In this document: piece after piece, positions 39,547 through 48,102 of the stretch
Layout of the letters: each line of letters opens with the position of its first letter
Numbering within the stretch: the stretch's first letter is position 1
Origin: Burkholderiales bacterium
Lineage (GTDB): Bacteria > Pseudomonadota > Gammaproteobacteria > Burkholderiales > SG8-39
Assembly: GCA_035499735.1 (NCBI GenBank)
Contig: DATJYC010000043.1
Location: forward strand, 15,182-79,181
DNA length: 64,000 nucleotides
Reading direction: 5' to 3'
Program-made: the position numbers and the translations under genes
The notes under the pieces: generated by a model
Told to the model about the DNA's origin: nothing
The model's input: the letters and a program-made list of their open reading frames with translations, nothing else
Database searches by the model: none

Positions 39547-40091
39547 GAAGGGCTCCAGGGAAGCATGCGCGCGAGCACCGTATCCTTCTTCACGTAGTGG
39601 TGGCGCAGCGCGGCGCCGATATGCGCGACGAGCACCAGCGCAAGCAGGCTCACCAGCCAGCCGTGGATGGTCGCGAACTGGTCGGCGAGCCCCTTGTCGG
39701 GGGCCGCGACCGCCGGCAGCGGAATCGTCCAGAAGATCCTGAACGGAACGCCGCTCGCCGAGCTGATCACCCAGCCCGTCAGCGGCAGCGCGAGCATCAG
39801 CGTATACAGCAGGAAGTGCGAGACGCGCGCCCCTGCGCGCTCCCACGCAGGCATCTCCAGGGGCAGCGCGGGAACGCGGTGCGACAGGCGCCACGCGAGG
39901 CGCAGCGCGAGCAGCGCGAGGATGAGCATTCCCGTCGACTTGTGCCAGACGAAGAGATCGAGCTTCGTCGGCGACAGCCGCCAGCTCACGGCGAGGAGGC
40001 CGAGCGCGATCTGCGCGAAGATGAGCAGCGCCATCCCCCAGTGGAAGAGCTTCGCGGCGGCGCTCCAGGTATCGGGATCGTTGCGGAACAT
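39543..40091 (-). CDS. Cytochrome b561 (CybB/YceJ-like)
   Basis: FHW, WHKSTG, HFLLY...PLTG, IHG..V..HIGAAL.HH heme ligands; four TM helices. Confidence 0.9.
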   Translation of the reverse strand: MFRNDPDTWSAAAKLFHWGMALLIFAQIALGLLAVSWRLSPTKLDLFVWHKSTGMLILALLALRLAWRLSHRVPALPLEMPAWERAGARVSHFLLYTLMLALPLTGWVISSASGVPFRIFWTIPLPAVAAPDKGLADQFATIHGWLVSLLALVLVAHIGAALRHHYVKKDTVLARMLPWSPS

Positions 40092-40201
40092 GTGCGGCGT
40101 ATTCTAGCGGCTGAGGTCCAGGCTTGCGGTTGGCTGACTATGTCCCCTGGGCCCGGAGTCGTATCATAGGGCGGGGACAGGTCGCTACAGGGAAAAAAGC
40201 G

Positions 40202-41014
40202 ATGGACCTCGAAGACACCCAAAACCTCACCATCTTCGCGCCCACCGAGAAGGGGAAGAAGGAGCTCAAGGCAGGGTCGACGAACCTTTCGGTCGTCGCG
40301 CTCGCGCTGATGGTGATGTTCGACGGGAAATCCCCGATGGCGGCGATCACGAAGCGCGTGCCGGGCGCGAAGCCGGGCGAGATCGGCAAGGCGGTGGAAG
40401 CCCTCCTCAAGGACAGGCTCATCGACGTCGTCAAGCCGGGAGCAACCACGGAGCACGACTTCGGCTCCTTCTTCGAGGTGCCGATCGAGGCGATGCCCGA
40501 CAGCGTCTCGGCGCAGTTCCGCGACGAGGCGGAAAGAGGCCTGCAATCGCTCGACCGCACGGGCTACTACATCGGCGTCGCGAGGCAGGCGGCGGCGACG
40601 AAGCCTCCGAACAACGGCGCGAGGTACGCCGTCCTCATGATCGAGGACAACGCGCCGTTCATCACCGCGGTCAAGATGCTGCTCAAGCTCGAAGGCTACG
40701 AGGTGCGCGTCGCCACGAACCGCGACGAGATCGTGGCCGCGCTGAGGGGCGCGCCCCTGCCCGACGCCATCCTGCTGGACGTCAACCTGCCCGGCACCGA
40801 CGGCTTCTCCATCCTCGCGCGCGTTCGCCAGCATCCCGCGCTCAAGGCCATCCCGGTAATCATGCTTACCGCGCAGGCGAGCCGCGGAGACGTCCTTCGC
40901 GGACTGTCTGGCGGAGCCGACGGCTACATCACCAAGCCCTTCGAGCACGAGGCGCTGATGAAGAGCCTGCGCGCCGTTCTCGGCGTGAGCGATCAGCCCG
41001 CAAGGAAGTCCTAG
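40202..41014 (+). CDS. Orphan response regulator with C-terminal receiver and N-terminal winged-helix-like domain
   Basis: IEDN, LLDVNLPGTDG, LTA and YITKPF receiver motifs in the C-terminal third. Confidence 0.85.
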   Translation: MDLEDTQNLTIFAPTEKGKKELKAGSTNLSVVALALMVMFDGKSPMAAITKRVPGAKPGEIGKAVEALLKDRLIDVVKPGATTEHDFGSFFEVPIEAMPDSVSAQFRDEAERGLQSLDRTGYYIGVARQAAATKPPNNGARYAVLMIEDNAPFITAVKMLLKLEGYEVRVATNRDEIVAALRGAPLPDAILLDVNLPGTDGFSILARVRQHPALKAIPVIMLTAQASRGDVLRGLSGGADGYITKPFEHEALMKSLRAVLGVSDQPARKS

Positions 41015-41712
41015 GCGTGCAGCAGCAGTAGCCCCGCGAGCTCCTGTGGCACCAGGACCATCGAGTCGTGCCCGGTCTTCAGCTCGTGGAAGCGCCACGC
41101 GGGATCGTTTCGGTATTTCGCCGCGAACTGGTCGAAGGTGCCGGTCGCCGGCGCCGAGCAATAGATGAACGTCTTGGGCAGCGCGGCGGCCGACGAGTTC
41201 GTCCGCCGCAGGTTTTCAGTGAAGCAGCGATAGGGGTGAGGCCGCTCGCGCTGTCGGGCGAAGGCGACATCCCCGGGCGCGACGACGCCCCACAGCGACG
41301 CCGGCGGCGGATCGACATATCCGGTGCGCTCGCCCTGCTCCCGGAACGCCGCCGCGCGCTCGGGCACGACGTAGTCGAGCGCGCAGCGGCCGTCCTCGGG
41401 AACGAAAGCATCGAGATAGACGAGGCGGCGGATGCGCTCCGGCGCGCGCTCGGCCGCGCCGGTCACGACCATGCCGCCGTAGCTGTGGCCGACGAGCACG
41501 ATATCGCGCAGGTCCTCCATTTCGAGGACCGCGACGACGTCCTGGACCTGCACGCCGAGGTCGATGTCCGGGGTCGCGAGATGCGCGCGCTCGCCCAGTC
41601 CCGTGAGCGTGGGCGTAAACACCTCGTGCCCCGCGCGCCGCAGCAGCGGCGCGACGAAGCGCCACTTCCAGCCGCCGGACCAGGCGCCGTGCACGAGAAC
41701 GAAGGTCGTCAT
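41011..41712 (-). CDS. Alpha/beta hydrolase (esterase)
   Basis: VLVHGAWSGGW, GHSYGG, YLDAF and TGHD. Confidence 0.9.
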   Translation of the reverse strand: MTTFVLVHGAWSGGWKWRFVAPLLRRAGHEVFTPTLTGLGERAHLATPDIDLGVQVQDVVAVLEMEDLRDIVLVGHSYGGMVVTGAAERAPERIRRLVYLDAFVPEDGRCALDYVVPERAAAFREQGERTGYVDPPPASLWGVVAPGDVAFARQRERPHPYRCFTENLRRTNSSAAALPKTFIYCSAPATGTFDQFAAKYRNDPAWRFHELKTGHDSMVLVPQELAGLLLLHA

Positions 41713-41717
41713 GAGCG

Positions 41718-42491
41718 TCAGCGCTTCGGCGCGAGCAAGCCGAACATCGCGCCCTGCGGGTCGATGCATTGCGCGATCCACTGCCCCGTCGGGACCCGTA
41801 CCGGCTCGAGCGCGATCCTGCCGCCTGCGCTCCTGACGCGCGCGACCGCGTCGTCGATCGCCTCGGCGTTGAAGTAGTACAGCCAGAAGGCCCACGGCGC
41901 CTCGGGCACCTTGGTCATGATGCCGCCGACCGGGCCGCCGCCGGTCGAGAAGGTCTGGTAGACGCCCGCCTTGCCCATGTCGATCGCGTCGGCCTTCTTC
42001 CAGCCGAAGAGGCCGGAGTAGAACGCAAACGCGGCCTTGCCGTCGCCCGCCTGCAGCTCGCGCCAGCCGACGTGTCCAGGCGCGTCCGGCGCGGGCTGCG
42101 GCGGCCCTTCGGCGCTGTTTCCCTTCATGATGATGAACACCGCGCCGTGCGGGTCCGCGACCACCGCGTAACGCCCCACGCCCGGAATGTCCTCGGGCCC
42201 GCGGTGCAGCCTGCCGCCCGCCTTCTTCACGCGCGCCGCGTAGCCGTCGACGTCGTCCACGGCGATGTAGCCGGTCCAGCAGGGCGGAACGTCCTTCTTC
42301 TTCGCCTCGTCCGGAATCGGCATCAGTCCGCCGACGTCCACCGACCCGGCCGAGAAAAGCGTGTACGGGCGCCCGCCCGCTCCCGCGTCCTTCGCGCTCC
42401 ACCCGAATGCCTTCCGGTAGAAGGACTCGGCCGCTCGGGTGTCGGTGGTCATCACGTCGTACCAGATGAATTTGCCGTGGTATTGCGACAT
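41718..42491 (-). CDS. Two-domain VOC/glyoxalase family protein
   Basis: FIWYDV..FY..AFGW repeated twice; DPHGAVF and DPQGAMFG. Confidence 0.9.
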   Translation of the reverse strand: MSQYHGKFIWYDVMTTDTRAAESFYRKAFGWSAKDAGAGGRPYTLFSAGSVDVGGLMPIPDEAKKKDVPPCWTGYIAVDDVDGYAARVKKAGGRLHRGPEDIPGVGRYAVVADPHGAVFIIMKGNSAEGPPQPAPDAPGHVGWRELQAGDGKAAFAFYSGLFGWKKADAIDMGKAGVYQTFSTGGGPVGGIMTKVPEAPWAFWLYYFNAEAIDDAVARVRSAGGRIALEPVRVPTGQWIAQCIDPQGAMFGLLAPKR

Positions 42492-42495
42492 GGCG

Positions 42496-43266
42496 TCAGC
42501 CTCCTGGAAGGGTCTTCATCCACGCGAGCAGCGCTTCGGCCACCGCCCGCGGCTGCTCGGGGACGAGCGCGTGGCCCGCGCCGCGGACGAGCGCGACGGT
42601 CACGCGCTCGCCCAGCTCCTCGCGCAGCTCGTTCGCCGTCTCTCGCGGCCGGAAGCGGTCGAACTCCGCCTGGAGGTCGAGGAGCGGCGCGCTCCCCGCA
42701 CCCCACCACGCCGCCTGCGGCGTCGCAAGGCCCGCCGCGCGCTGGCTCGCGTTCACCTCTGGGTGGAAGCCCTCCAGCCACTCGCTCGCGTCGTGGCCCG
42801 GCGCGAAAAAAGCGTAGCGCAGGTACCTCAGCCGCTCCGCGTCGGAAAGCGAGGTGTCGGCGCACTTCGTCACCGCCTCGGCGAGATCCTTCGGATAGGT
42901 CTTGGCGGCGGCGGCGAGGATGGCGACGCCGCGAACGAGCGCGGGGTGATCGGCCGCCGTCATGCGCGCGACCCAGTTGCCGAAGGCGTGCCCGGCGACG
43001 ACCGCGGGGCCGCCCTCGCGAGCGATGACCGCCGCCACGTCGCGCGCGAGGTCGTGCAGCGTGAGCCCCTCGAGCGGCCCCCGGCTCCGCCCTATCCCGC
43101 GCGGCTGCGGGCGCAGCACGCGGTAGCCGGATGCAGCCAGCTCGCGCGCGAGCCCGTCGTAGTCCTCGGCGCCCCGTCCGCGCGAAGGCAGGACTACGAC
43201 GAGCGGGCCCTTGCCCTCCGCGATCGCCTCGATCCGCGCGTCGCCCGCCTCGACCAGATGGGACAT
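42496..43266 (-). CDS. Alpha/beta hydrolase fold protein
   Basis: RGIGRS, GHAFG elbow with Ala in place of the nucleophilic Ser, and AGHAL..EQP. Confidence 0.8.
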   Translation of the reverse strand: MSHLVEAGDARIEAIAEGKGPLVVVLPSRGRGAEDYDGLARELAASGYRVLRPQPRGIGRSRGPLEGLTLHDLARDVAAVIAREGGPAVVAGHAFGNWVARMTAADHPALVRGVAILAAAAKTYPKDLAEAVTKCADTSLSDAERLRYLRYAFFAPGHDASEWLEGFHPEVNASQRAAGLATPQAAWWGAGSAPLLDLQAEFDRFRPRETANELREELGERVTVALVRGAGHALVPEQPRAVAEALLAWMKTLPGG

Positions 43267-43287
43267 CGCCGCATGATACGCACGGGC

Positions 43288-43315
43288 AAAAAAAAGGGGC
43301 GCCGAGGAGCCCCTT
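43288..43315 (-). terminator. Intrinsic terminator closing the small-protein unit
   Basis: AAGGGGC-8 nt-GCCCCTT stem running into a long T tract on the minus strand. Confidence 0.75.
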
Positions 43316-43357
43316 CCCAGCTCGACTCGGCGCCCTACCGGCTCGCCAAGCCCTCCC

Positions 43358-43480
43358 TCAGAGTCCGGCTTGCGAGTGCCAGGTCCGGTCGCGGAGCAGG
43401 CACTTCAGGGACAGCATGCCGCCCCACGCGAGAAAAGCCACGACAGCAATATGGATCACAAGAGTCAGCAGATTCGTCAT
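43358..43480 (-). CDS. 40-aa single-TM small protein, not in the ORF track
   Basis: MTNLLTLVIHIAVVAFLAWGGMLSLKCLLRDRTWHSQAGL; GGGAGG RBS; ATG 10 bp after the upstream stop. Confidence 0.62.
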   Translation of the reverse strand: MTNLLTLVIHIAVVAFLAWGGMLSLKCLLRDRTWHSQAGL

Positions 43481-43490
43481 GTTCGCCTCC

Positions 43491-43694
43491 CTAGTAGTAC
43501 ATCACCGGTTCCGGAACGATCTCCCTGGCCTGGTTCTCGATCCGGGCCGGAAGGTAGTCGCTCACGGCGATGGCGGCTGCGGCCGATTCCTCGGTGCCCG
43601 CCTGCGCCGGCATCAGCAGGATGGCGACCGCGCAGATCACGACCGCCAGCAGCGTCAGCGTGAACATGCCGGGCTTCGTTTCGCGGTTGCTCAT
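43491..43694 (-). CDS. 67-aa secreted peptide, paralog 1
   Basis: GAGGAGA RBS, signal/TM segment ending AQA, C-terminal DYLPARIENQAREIVPEPVMYY; homologous to 53451-53711. Confidence 0.75.
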   Translation of the reverse strand: MSNRETKPGMFTLTLLAVVICAVAILLMPAQAGTEESAAAAIAVSDYLPARIENQAREIVPEPVMYY

Positions 43695-43866
43695 GTTGGG
43701 TCTCCTCTCGCTTCGCGGACCGGCGGAAATCGCCCGTCCGATGGAGACCACTCTAGGATTGCGGCTTCAGGGAATCCCCGCCGTCCGGCACTGAGGGGTT
43801 GTGCCGCAAGCCACAAACGGCCGCGGCGCGCGAAGCCCGTCACGGCGGTTTTGTGCCAAACGCACA
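43695..43866 (-). promoter_or_regulatory. Promoter/leader of peptide paralog 1
   Basis: -10 TAGAGT (43750-43755), leader hairpin 43716-43740, TGTGC-N6-CCACA (43800-43815) and TGTGC-N5-GCACA (43852-43866). Confidence 0.55.
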
Positions 43867-43895
43867 AAACCCCGGGAAGCGGAGGAAGCCGGGTC

Positions 43896-44555
43896 TTACC
43901 AGTGCGCCGGGAGGCGCTTGTGGACGCGGATCTGCTTGGCGTCGACCGAGATGTAGCCGCCCGCTGTGAGGTCCTTGACGATGCGGTTCACCATCTCGCG
44001 CGAGCCGCCGATGCGCTCGGCGATGTCCGACTGGGTCAGGCGCTCGGGGACGATGCGCGCACCGTCCTGATCGACCGCGCTCTCGTCGATGAACTTGGCG
44101 AAGCGTCCGTAGACGTCCTTGAGCGCCAGGTCGCGGACCTGCTTGACGAGGCTCCGCGTCTTGGCGATCAGCATGTGGATCAGGTGGCGCGCGAACAGGG
44201 GGTTCTTCGCGAGGAGCTGCTCGATCTCGCTCATCGGGATAACGAAGCAGCGGCAGGGCTCGAGCGCCATCACCGACGCCGAGCGCGGGCCCCCGTCGAG
44301 CACGAGCTCGCCGAAGTAGCTGCCCTCGCGCATGGTGGAGAGCACCACTTCCTTGCCGTCCTCGTCGCTCACGTAGACCTTGACGCGCCCGGCAAGCAGG
44401 ACATAGAGCGAGTCGGTCTCGTCGCCCTCGGTGATGATCACCGCGTTCTTGGGGTAGGAGCGCGCCGTGCCGTGCGGGGCGAGGTCCTTGAGCGCGTCCT
44501 CGCCCAGGGTGGCGAGCGGTCCGATGCCCATCGATACGGCCTGTGACAGCGACAT
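43896..44555 (-). CDS. Crp/Fnr family transcriptional regulator
   Basis: cNMP-binding domain (GSYFGEL...PRSASV) and HTH (LTQSDIAERIGGSREMVNR). No Fnr Cys cluster. Confidence 0.93.
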   Translation of the reverse strand: MSLSQAVSMGIGPLATLGEDALKDLAPHGTARSYPKNAVIITEGDETDSLYVLLAGRVKVYVSDEDGKEVVLSTMREGSYFGELVLDGGPRSASVMALEPCRCFVIPMSEIEQLLAKNPLFARHLIHMLIAKTRSLVKQVRDLALKDVYGRFAKFIDESAVDQDGARIVPERLTQSDIAERIGGSREMVNRIVKDLTAGGYISVDAKQIRVHKRLPAHW

Positions 44556-44662
44556 GGGACCCCCCAGGAGTGCTTGAGGCTGAATTCTGGCACGGCCCGC
44601 GCCGCTTGTGCAGAGGCTTCGTCCGGGCGCAACATGACGGCTCCTCCAGGGGGAGAAAACGC

Positions 44663-46339
44663 ATGAAACGCCTCGCTACCGCATCCCTTTTGCTTTTCGC
44701 CGCCGCCCAGGCCGGCGCGCAGACGCTGGACGACCTGAAGAACGACGGCAAGAACACCGACAACATCCTCACCTACGGGATGGGCTACTCGCAGCAGCGC
44801 TACAGCTCGCTCTCCCAAGTCAACAAGACGACGGTCAAGCGCCTCGTGCCGGTGTGGAACCTGAGCCTGGACAACAACTGGGGCGAGCAGGCGCAGCCCA
44901 TCGTCTGGAACGGCGTCATGTACGTCACCAACGCCAGGGCGACGGTCGCCATCGACGTCGCCACCGGCAAGCAGATCTGGAAGCAGACGCTCGACTGGCC
45001 TGCGGACACGCCTCGCGTGGTCTGTTGCGGCGTATCCAACAAGGGCGCGGCGATCTACAACGGCAAGGTCTACCGCACCACGCTCGACGCCCACGTGGTG
45101 GCGTACGACGCGAAGACGGGCAAGGAGATCTGGAAGTCGAAGGCCGCCGAGTGGAAGGACGGCTATTCGCTCACCGTCGCGCCCCTCATCGCGAACGGCG
45201 TGCTCATCACCGGCATTTCCGGCGCCGAGTACGGGATCCGCGGCTTCATCGACGGCTGGGACCCGGAGACCGGCAAGCAGCTGTGGCGCCGCTACACCAT
45301 CCCGGCGCGCGGCGAGAAGGGCAACGAGACCTGGCCGCAGAACAACAACGCCTGGGAGACCGGCGGCGGCTCGGCCTGGATCACCGGCTCCTACGATCCC
45401 GCGCTCGACCTCGTCTACTGGGGCATCGGCAACCCCGCGCCCTGGGCCTCGCAGAGCCGCCCGGGCGACAACCTGTACACCTCGTCTGTGCTCGCGCTGC
45501 GCCCGAAGACCGGCGAGATCGCCTGGCATTACCAGTTCACGCCCAACGACGCCTACGACTACGACGCCTGCTGGGAGCTCATCCTCGCCGACCTGAACGT
45601 GCAGGGCAAGCCGCGCAAGGTGGCGATGCAGCTCAACCGCAACGGCTTCCTCTACGTGCTCGACCGCAGCAACGGGCAGCTGCTGTCGGCGAAGGCCTAC
45701 GAGAAGGTCAACTGGGCGAGCGGCGTCGACATGAAGACCGGGCGCCCGGTCGAGACCGATATCGCGAAGAGCATCCGCGACATGAAGGCCACCGAGCACT
45801 GGCCCTCCACCCGCGGCGCGAAGAACTGGGAGCACGCCGCCTTCAGCCCGCAGACCGGCCTGCTCTACGCGAACACGCTGCACGAGGGGCGCATGTACAA
45901 GCACCTCGAGACCAAGCCCTACAAGGCCGGCGAGCGCTACATGTTCATCGAGAACCTGCCGCTGCCGCGCGCCGCCGGCGAGCCGGTCGGGCACATGGAG
46001 GCGATCGACCCCCTGACCGCCGAGAAGAAGTGGCGGGTGCCGCTCACCGACTTCCAGAGCTGGTCGGCGATGCTCGCCACCGGCGGCGGCCTCGTGTTCA
46101 CCGGGCGGGAAACGGGCGAGTTCATCGCGCTCGACGCCGACACCGGGAAGCGGCTGTGGCAGTTCCAGACCGGCTCCGGCATCAACGCCATGCCGGTCAC
46201 CTTCACGCAGGGCGGCCGGCAGTACGTCACCGTGCTCTCCGGCATCGGCGGCCTCTACTGGAACATCGCCCGCGAGCAGCTCAAGGACAAGGTGCCGCCG
46301 GGCGGCTCCGTGTGGACCTTCGCGCTGATGCCGGATTGA
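44663..46339 (+). CDS. PQQ-dependent alcohol dehydrogenase (methanol/ethanol family) 1
   Basis: Signal peptide, vicinal CC (VCCG), GAEYGIRG, GNPAPW, GDNLY, TPNDAYDYD and W-docking repeats. Confidence 0.92.
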   Translation: MKRLATASLLLFAAAQAGAQTLDDLKNDGKNTDNILTYGMGYSQQRYSSLSQVNKTTVKRLVPVWNLSLDNNWGEQAQPIVWNGVMYVTNARATVAIDVATGKQIWKQTLDWPADTPRVVCCGVSNKGAAIYNGKVYRTTLDAHVVAYDAKTGKEIWKSKAAEWKDGYSLTVAPLIANGVLITGISGAEYGIRGFIDGWDPETGKQLWRRYTIPARGEKGNETWPQNNNAWETGGGSAWITGSYDPALDLVYWGIGNPAPWASQSRPGDNLYTSSVLALRPKTGEIAWHYQFTPNDAYDYDACWELILADLNVQGKPRKVAMQLNRNGFLYVLDRSNGQLLSAKAYEKVNWASGVDMKTGRPVETDIAKSIRDMKATEHWPSTRGAKNWEHAAFSPQTGLLYANTLHEGRMYKHLETKPYKAGERYMFIENLPLPRAAGEPVGHMEAIDPLTAEKKWRVPLTDFQSWSAMLATGGGLVFTGRETGEFIALDADTGKRLWQFQTGSGINAMPVTFTQGGRQYVTVLSGIGGLYWNIAREQLKDKVPPGGSVWTFALMPD

Positions 46340-46641
46340 AGCGCTTTCTGATCGCCCTGGCGCTCGCCTGGTCCCCGGCGATTGCGCAGGACGCGCAGAA
46401 GCTGAAGGCGGGCGCGGAGATCTACGAGCGCAACTGCTCGCCCTGCCACGGCGCGCGCATGATGGACCCGCAGGGCGCGGCCGACCTGCGCAAGTTCCCG
46501 CACGACCAGCACGACCGCTTCGTCGACTTGGTGACGAAGGGCAAGAACCAGATGCCGCCCTGGGGCGGCCTCTTGAAGCCCGAGGACGTCGAGGCGCTCT
46601 GGACCTACGTGGTCAACGCGGACGCCATCTACGGTCACTGA
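46336..46641 (+). CDS. Monoheme cytochrome c, likely acceptor of PQQ-ADH 1
   Basis: TTG start overlapping the ADH stop; signal peptide; CSPCH; QMPPW axial Met. Confidence 0.85.
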   Translation: MKRFLIALALAWSPAIAQDAQKLKAGAEIYERNCSPCHGARMMDPQGAADLRKFPHDQHDRFVDLVTKGKNQMPPWGGLLKPEDVEALWTYVVNADAIYGH

Positions 46642-46647
46642 ACCCGT

Positions 46648-47571
46648 TCACTGAACGACGACGCCCCACGGCAGCTTGCCCACCGGGATGTCGGCGATCT
46701 TCGCGTTCTTCTGCGTGTCGATGACCGACACCACCCCCGAGCGTCCGCACGCGACGTAGAGCTTGCGCCCGTCGGGCGTGAGCGCCATGTTCCAGGGACG
46801 CTGGCCCACCGGGATCGTCGCGACGATGGCGTTCGTCGCCGTGTCGAGCACCGACACCGACGCGTCGCCGCCGTTCGAGATGTACACGCGCCCGCCGTCC
46901 GGGTGCACGGCGATGCCGTTCGAGCGCTTGCCGGCCGGGATCTTCGCGAGCACGGCGTGCGCCCTGGCGTCGATGACGAACACCGTGTCGGCGTTCTCCG
47001 CAGCGACGTAGGCGCGGCTGCCGTCGGGCAGGAAGCCGATGCCGCGCGGCCGCTCGCCCACCTTGATCTGGCCGACCTGCGCGCGCTTCTCGACGTCGAT
47101 CACCTCGATGGTGTCGCCATCTTCGGAGCTCGCATACACGGTCCTGCCGTCCGGGCTGAACTCCGCGTGCTCCGGGTTCTGTCCCTTGACCTTCACGGTG
47201 AAGGCTTCCTTGCGCGCCGCGGTGTCGATGAAGGTCACGCTGTTCGACTGCTCGCTCGCCGCGACGATCCAGCGGCCGTCCCACGAGCGCCCCACGCCCT
47301 CCGGGGAGACGCCGAGCGCGATCGCGCCCGAGGGCTTGCGCTCCTTCAGGTCGATCAGCACGAGGCGGTTGCCGGGCTGGTCGCTGACGTAGAGCCAGCC
47401 GCCGGCCGCGGCCGCGCCGCGCGGCTTGCCGCCCGTCTCCAGCGTGGCGACGACGGCGTCGCTGGCGGTGTCGACGACGCTCACCGAGCCCGAGCCCTCG
47501 TTAGAGACGTAGGCGAAGGGCGCGGCGAGCGCGACGGACGGAAAGAGCAGAAAGGGCGCGAGCTTGTTCAT
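46648..47571 (-). CDS. YVTN-type beta-propeller protein (PQQ catabolism-associated type)
   Basis: YVSNEGSGSVSVVD, YVAAEN, YISNGG and P.G/PW repeats; signal peptide. Confidence 0.85.
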   Translation of the reverse strand: MNKLAPFLLFPSVALAAPFAYVSNEGSGSVSVVDTASDAVVATLETGGKPRGAAAAGGWLYVSDQPGNRLVLIDLKERKPSGAIALGVSPEGVGRSWDGRWIVAASEQSNSVTFIDTAARKEAFTVKVKGQNPEHAEFSPDGRTVYASSEDGDTIEVIDVEKRAQVGQIKVGERPRGIGFLPDGSRAYVAAENADTVFVIDARAHAVLAKIPAGKRSNGIAVHPDGGRVYISNGGDASVSVLDTATNAIVATIPVGQRPWNMALTPDGRKLYVACGRSGVVSVIDTQKNAKIADIPVGKLPWGVVVQ

Positions 47572-48098
47572 GAGGGCATCATCCTGCGGAAGATCCCGTA
47601 GCGGGAAAAGAAGAGGTGCCTGAGCGCGGCGCCGACGTGGACGGCGATCAGCGCGACGAACACGAACGAGGTGGTGACGTGCAGCGCGTTGAACACCGCG
47701 TAGATCGAGCGGTCGTCCGGGCCCCAGGGGGGCAGCAGCACGGCGTTGAAGAGCTTGACTCCGAACTTGCTGAAATTCGACGCGGTGTAGCCGGCGACCG
47801 GCATGACGATCATGCAGGCGTAGAGCAGCGCGTGGCTCACGCGCGCGGCGCTCTGCTCCCAGGCCGGCATCGAGGCGGGAAACGGAGGCGGCTTGTGCGT
47901 GAGGCGCCAGGCGAGGCGCACGAGAATCAGCAGGCCGATCGCCAGGCCGGTGGACTTGTGCAGGTTCACGAACACGGTGCGCTCGGGCGTGAGGCGCGGG
48001 ACGGTCTGGAGATACCAGCCGAACGCGATCTGGCCCAGGACGGCGAGCGCGATCACCCAGTGCAGCACCATCGCCGTGCGGGAATAGCGGTCTTCCAC
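47568..48098 (-). CDS. Cytochrome b561
   Basis: LHW, LHKSTG, SHALLY and LHV...HVGAALRH. GTG start at 48098. Confidence 0.85.
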   Translation of the reverse strand: MEDRYSRTAMVLHWVIALAVLGQIAFGWYLQTVPRLTPERTVFVNLHKSTGLAIGLLILVRLAWRLTHKPPPFPASMPAWEQSAARVSHALLYACMIVMPVAGYTASNFSKFGVKLFNAVLLPPWGPDDRSIYAVFNALHVTTSFVFVALIAVHVGAALRHLFFSRYGIFRRMMPS

Positions 48099-48102
48099 GA
48101 GG

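Noticed and set aside
43491-43530. VPEP near the C-terminus of peptide 1, suggesting a PEP-CTERM sorting signal
   Set aside because: No transmembrane helix or basic tail follows (only VMYY), and paralog 2 has VPQV.
44588-44602. Sigma54-like TGGCACG-GC upstream of PQQ-ADH 1 (similar TGGCAC at 19804-19818 on the minus strand)
   Set aside because: GG-N10-GC spacing fits, but the -12 TTGC is absent in both and such matches are frequent at this GC content. No enhancer-binding protein is in the window.
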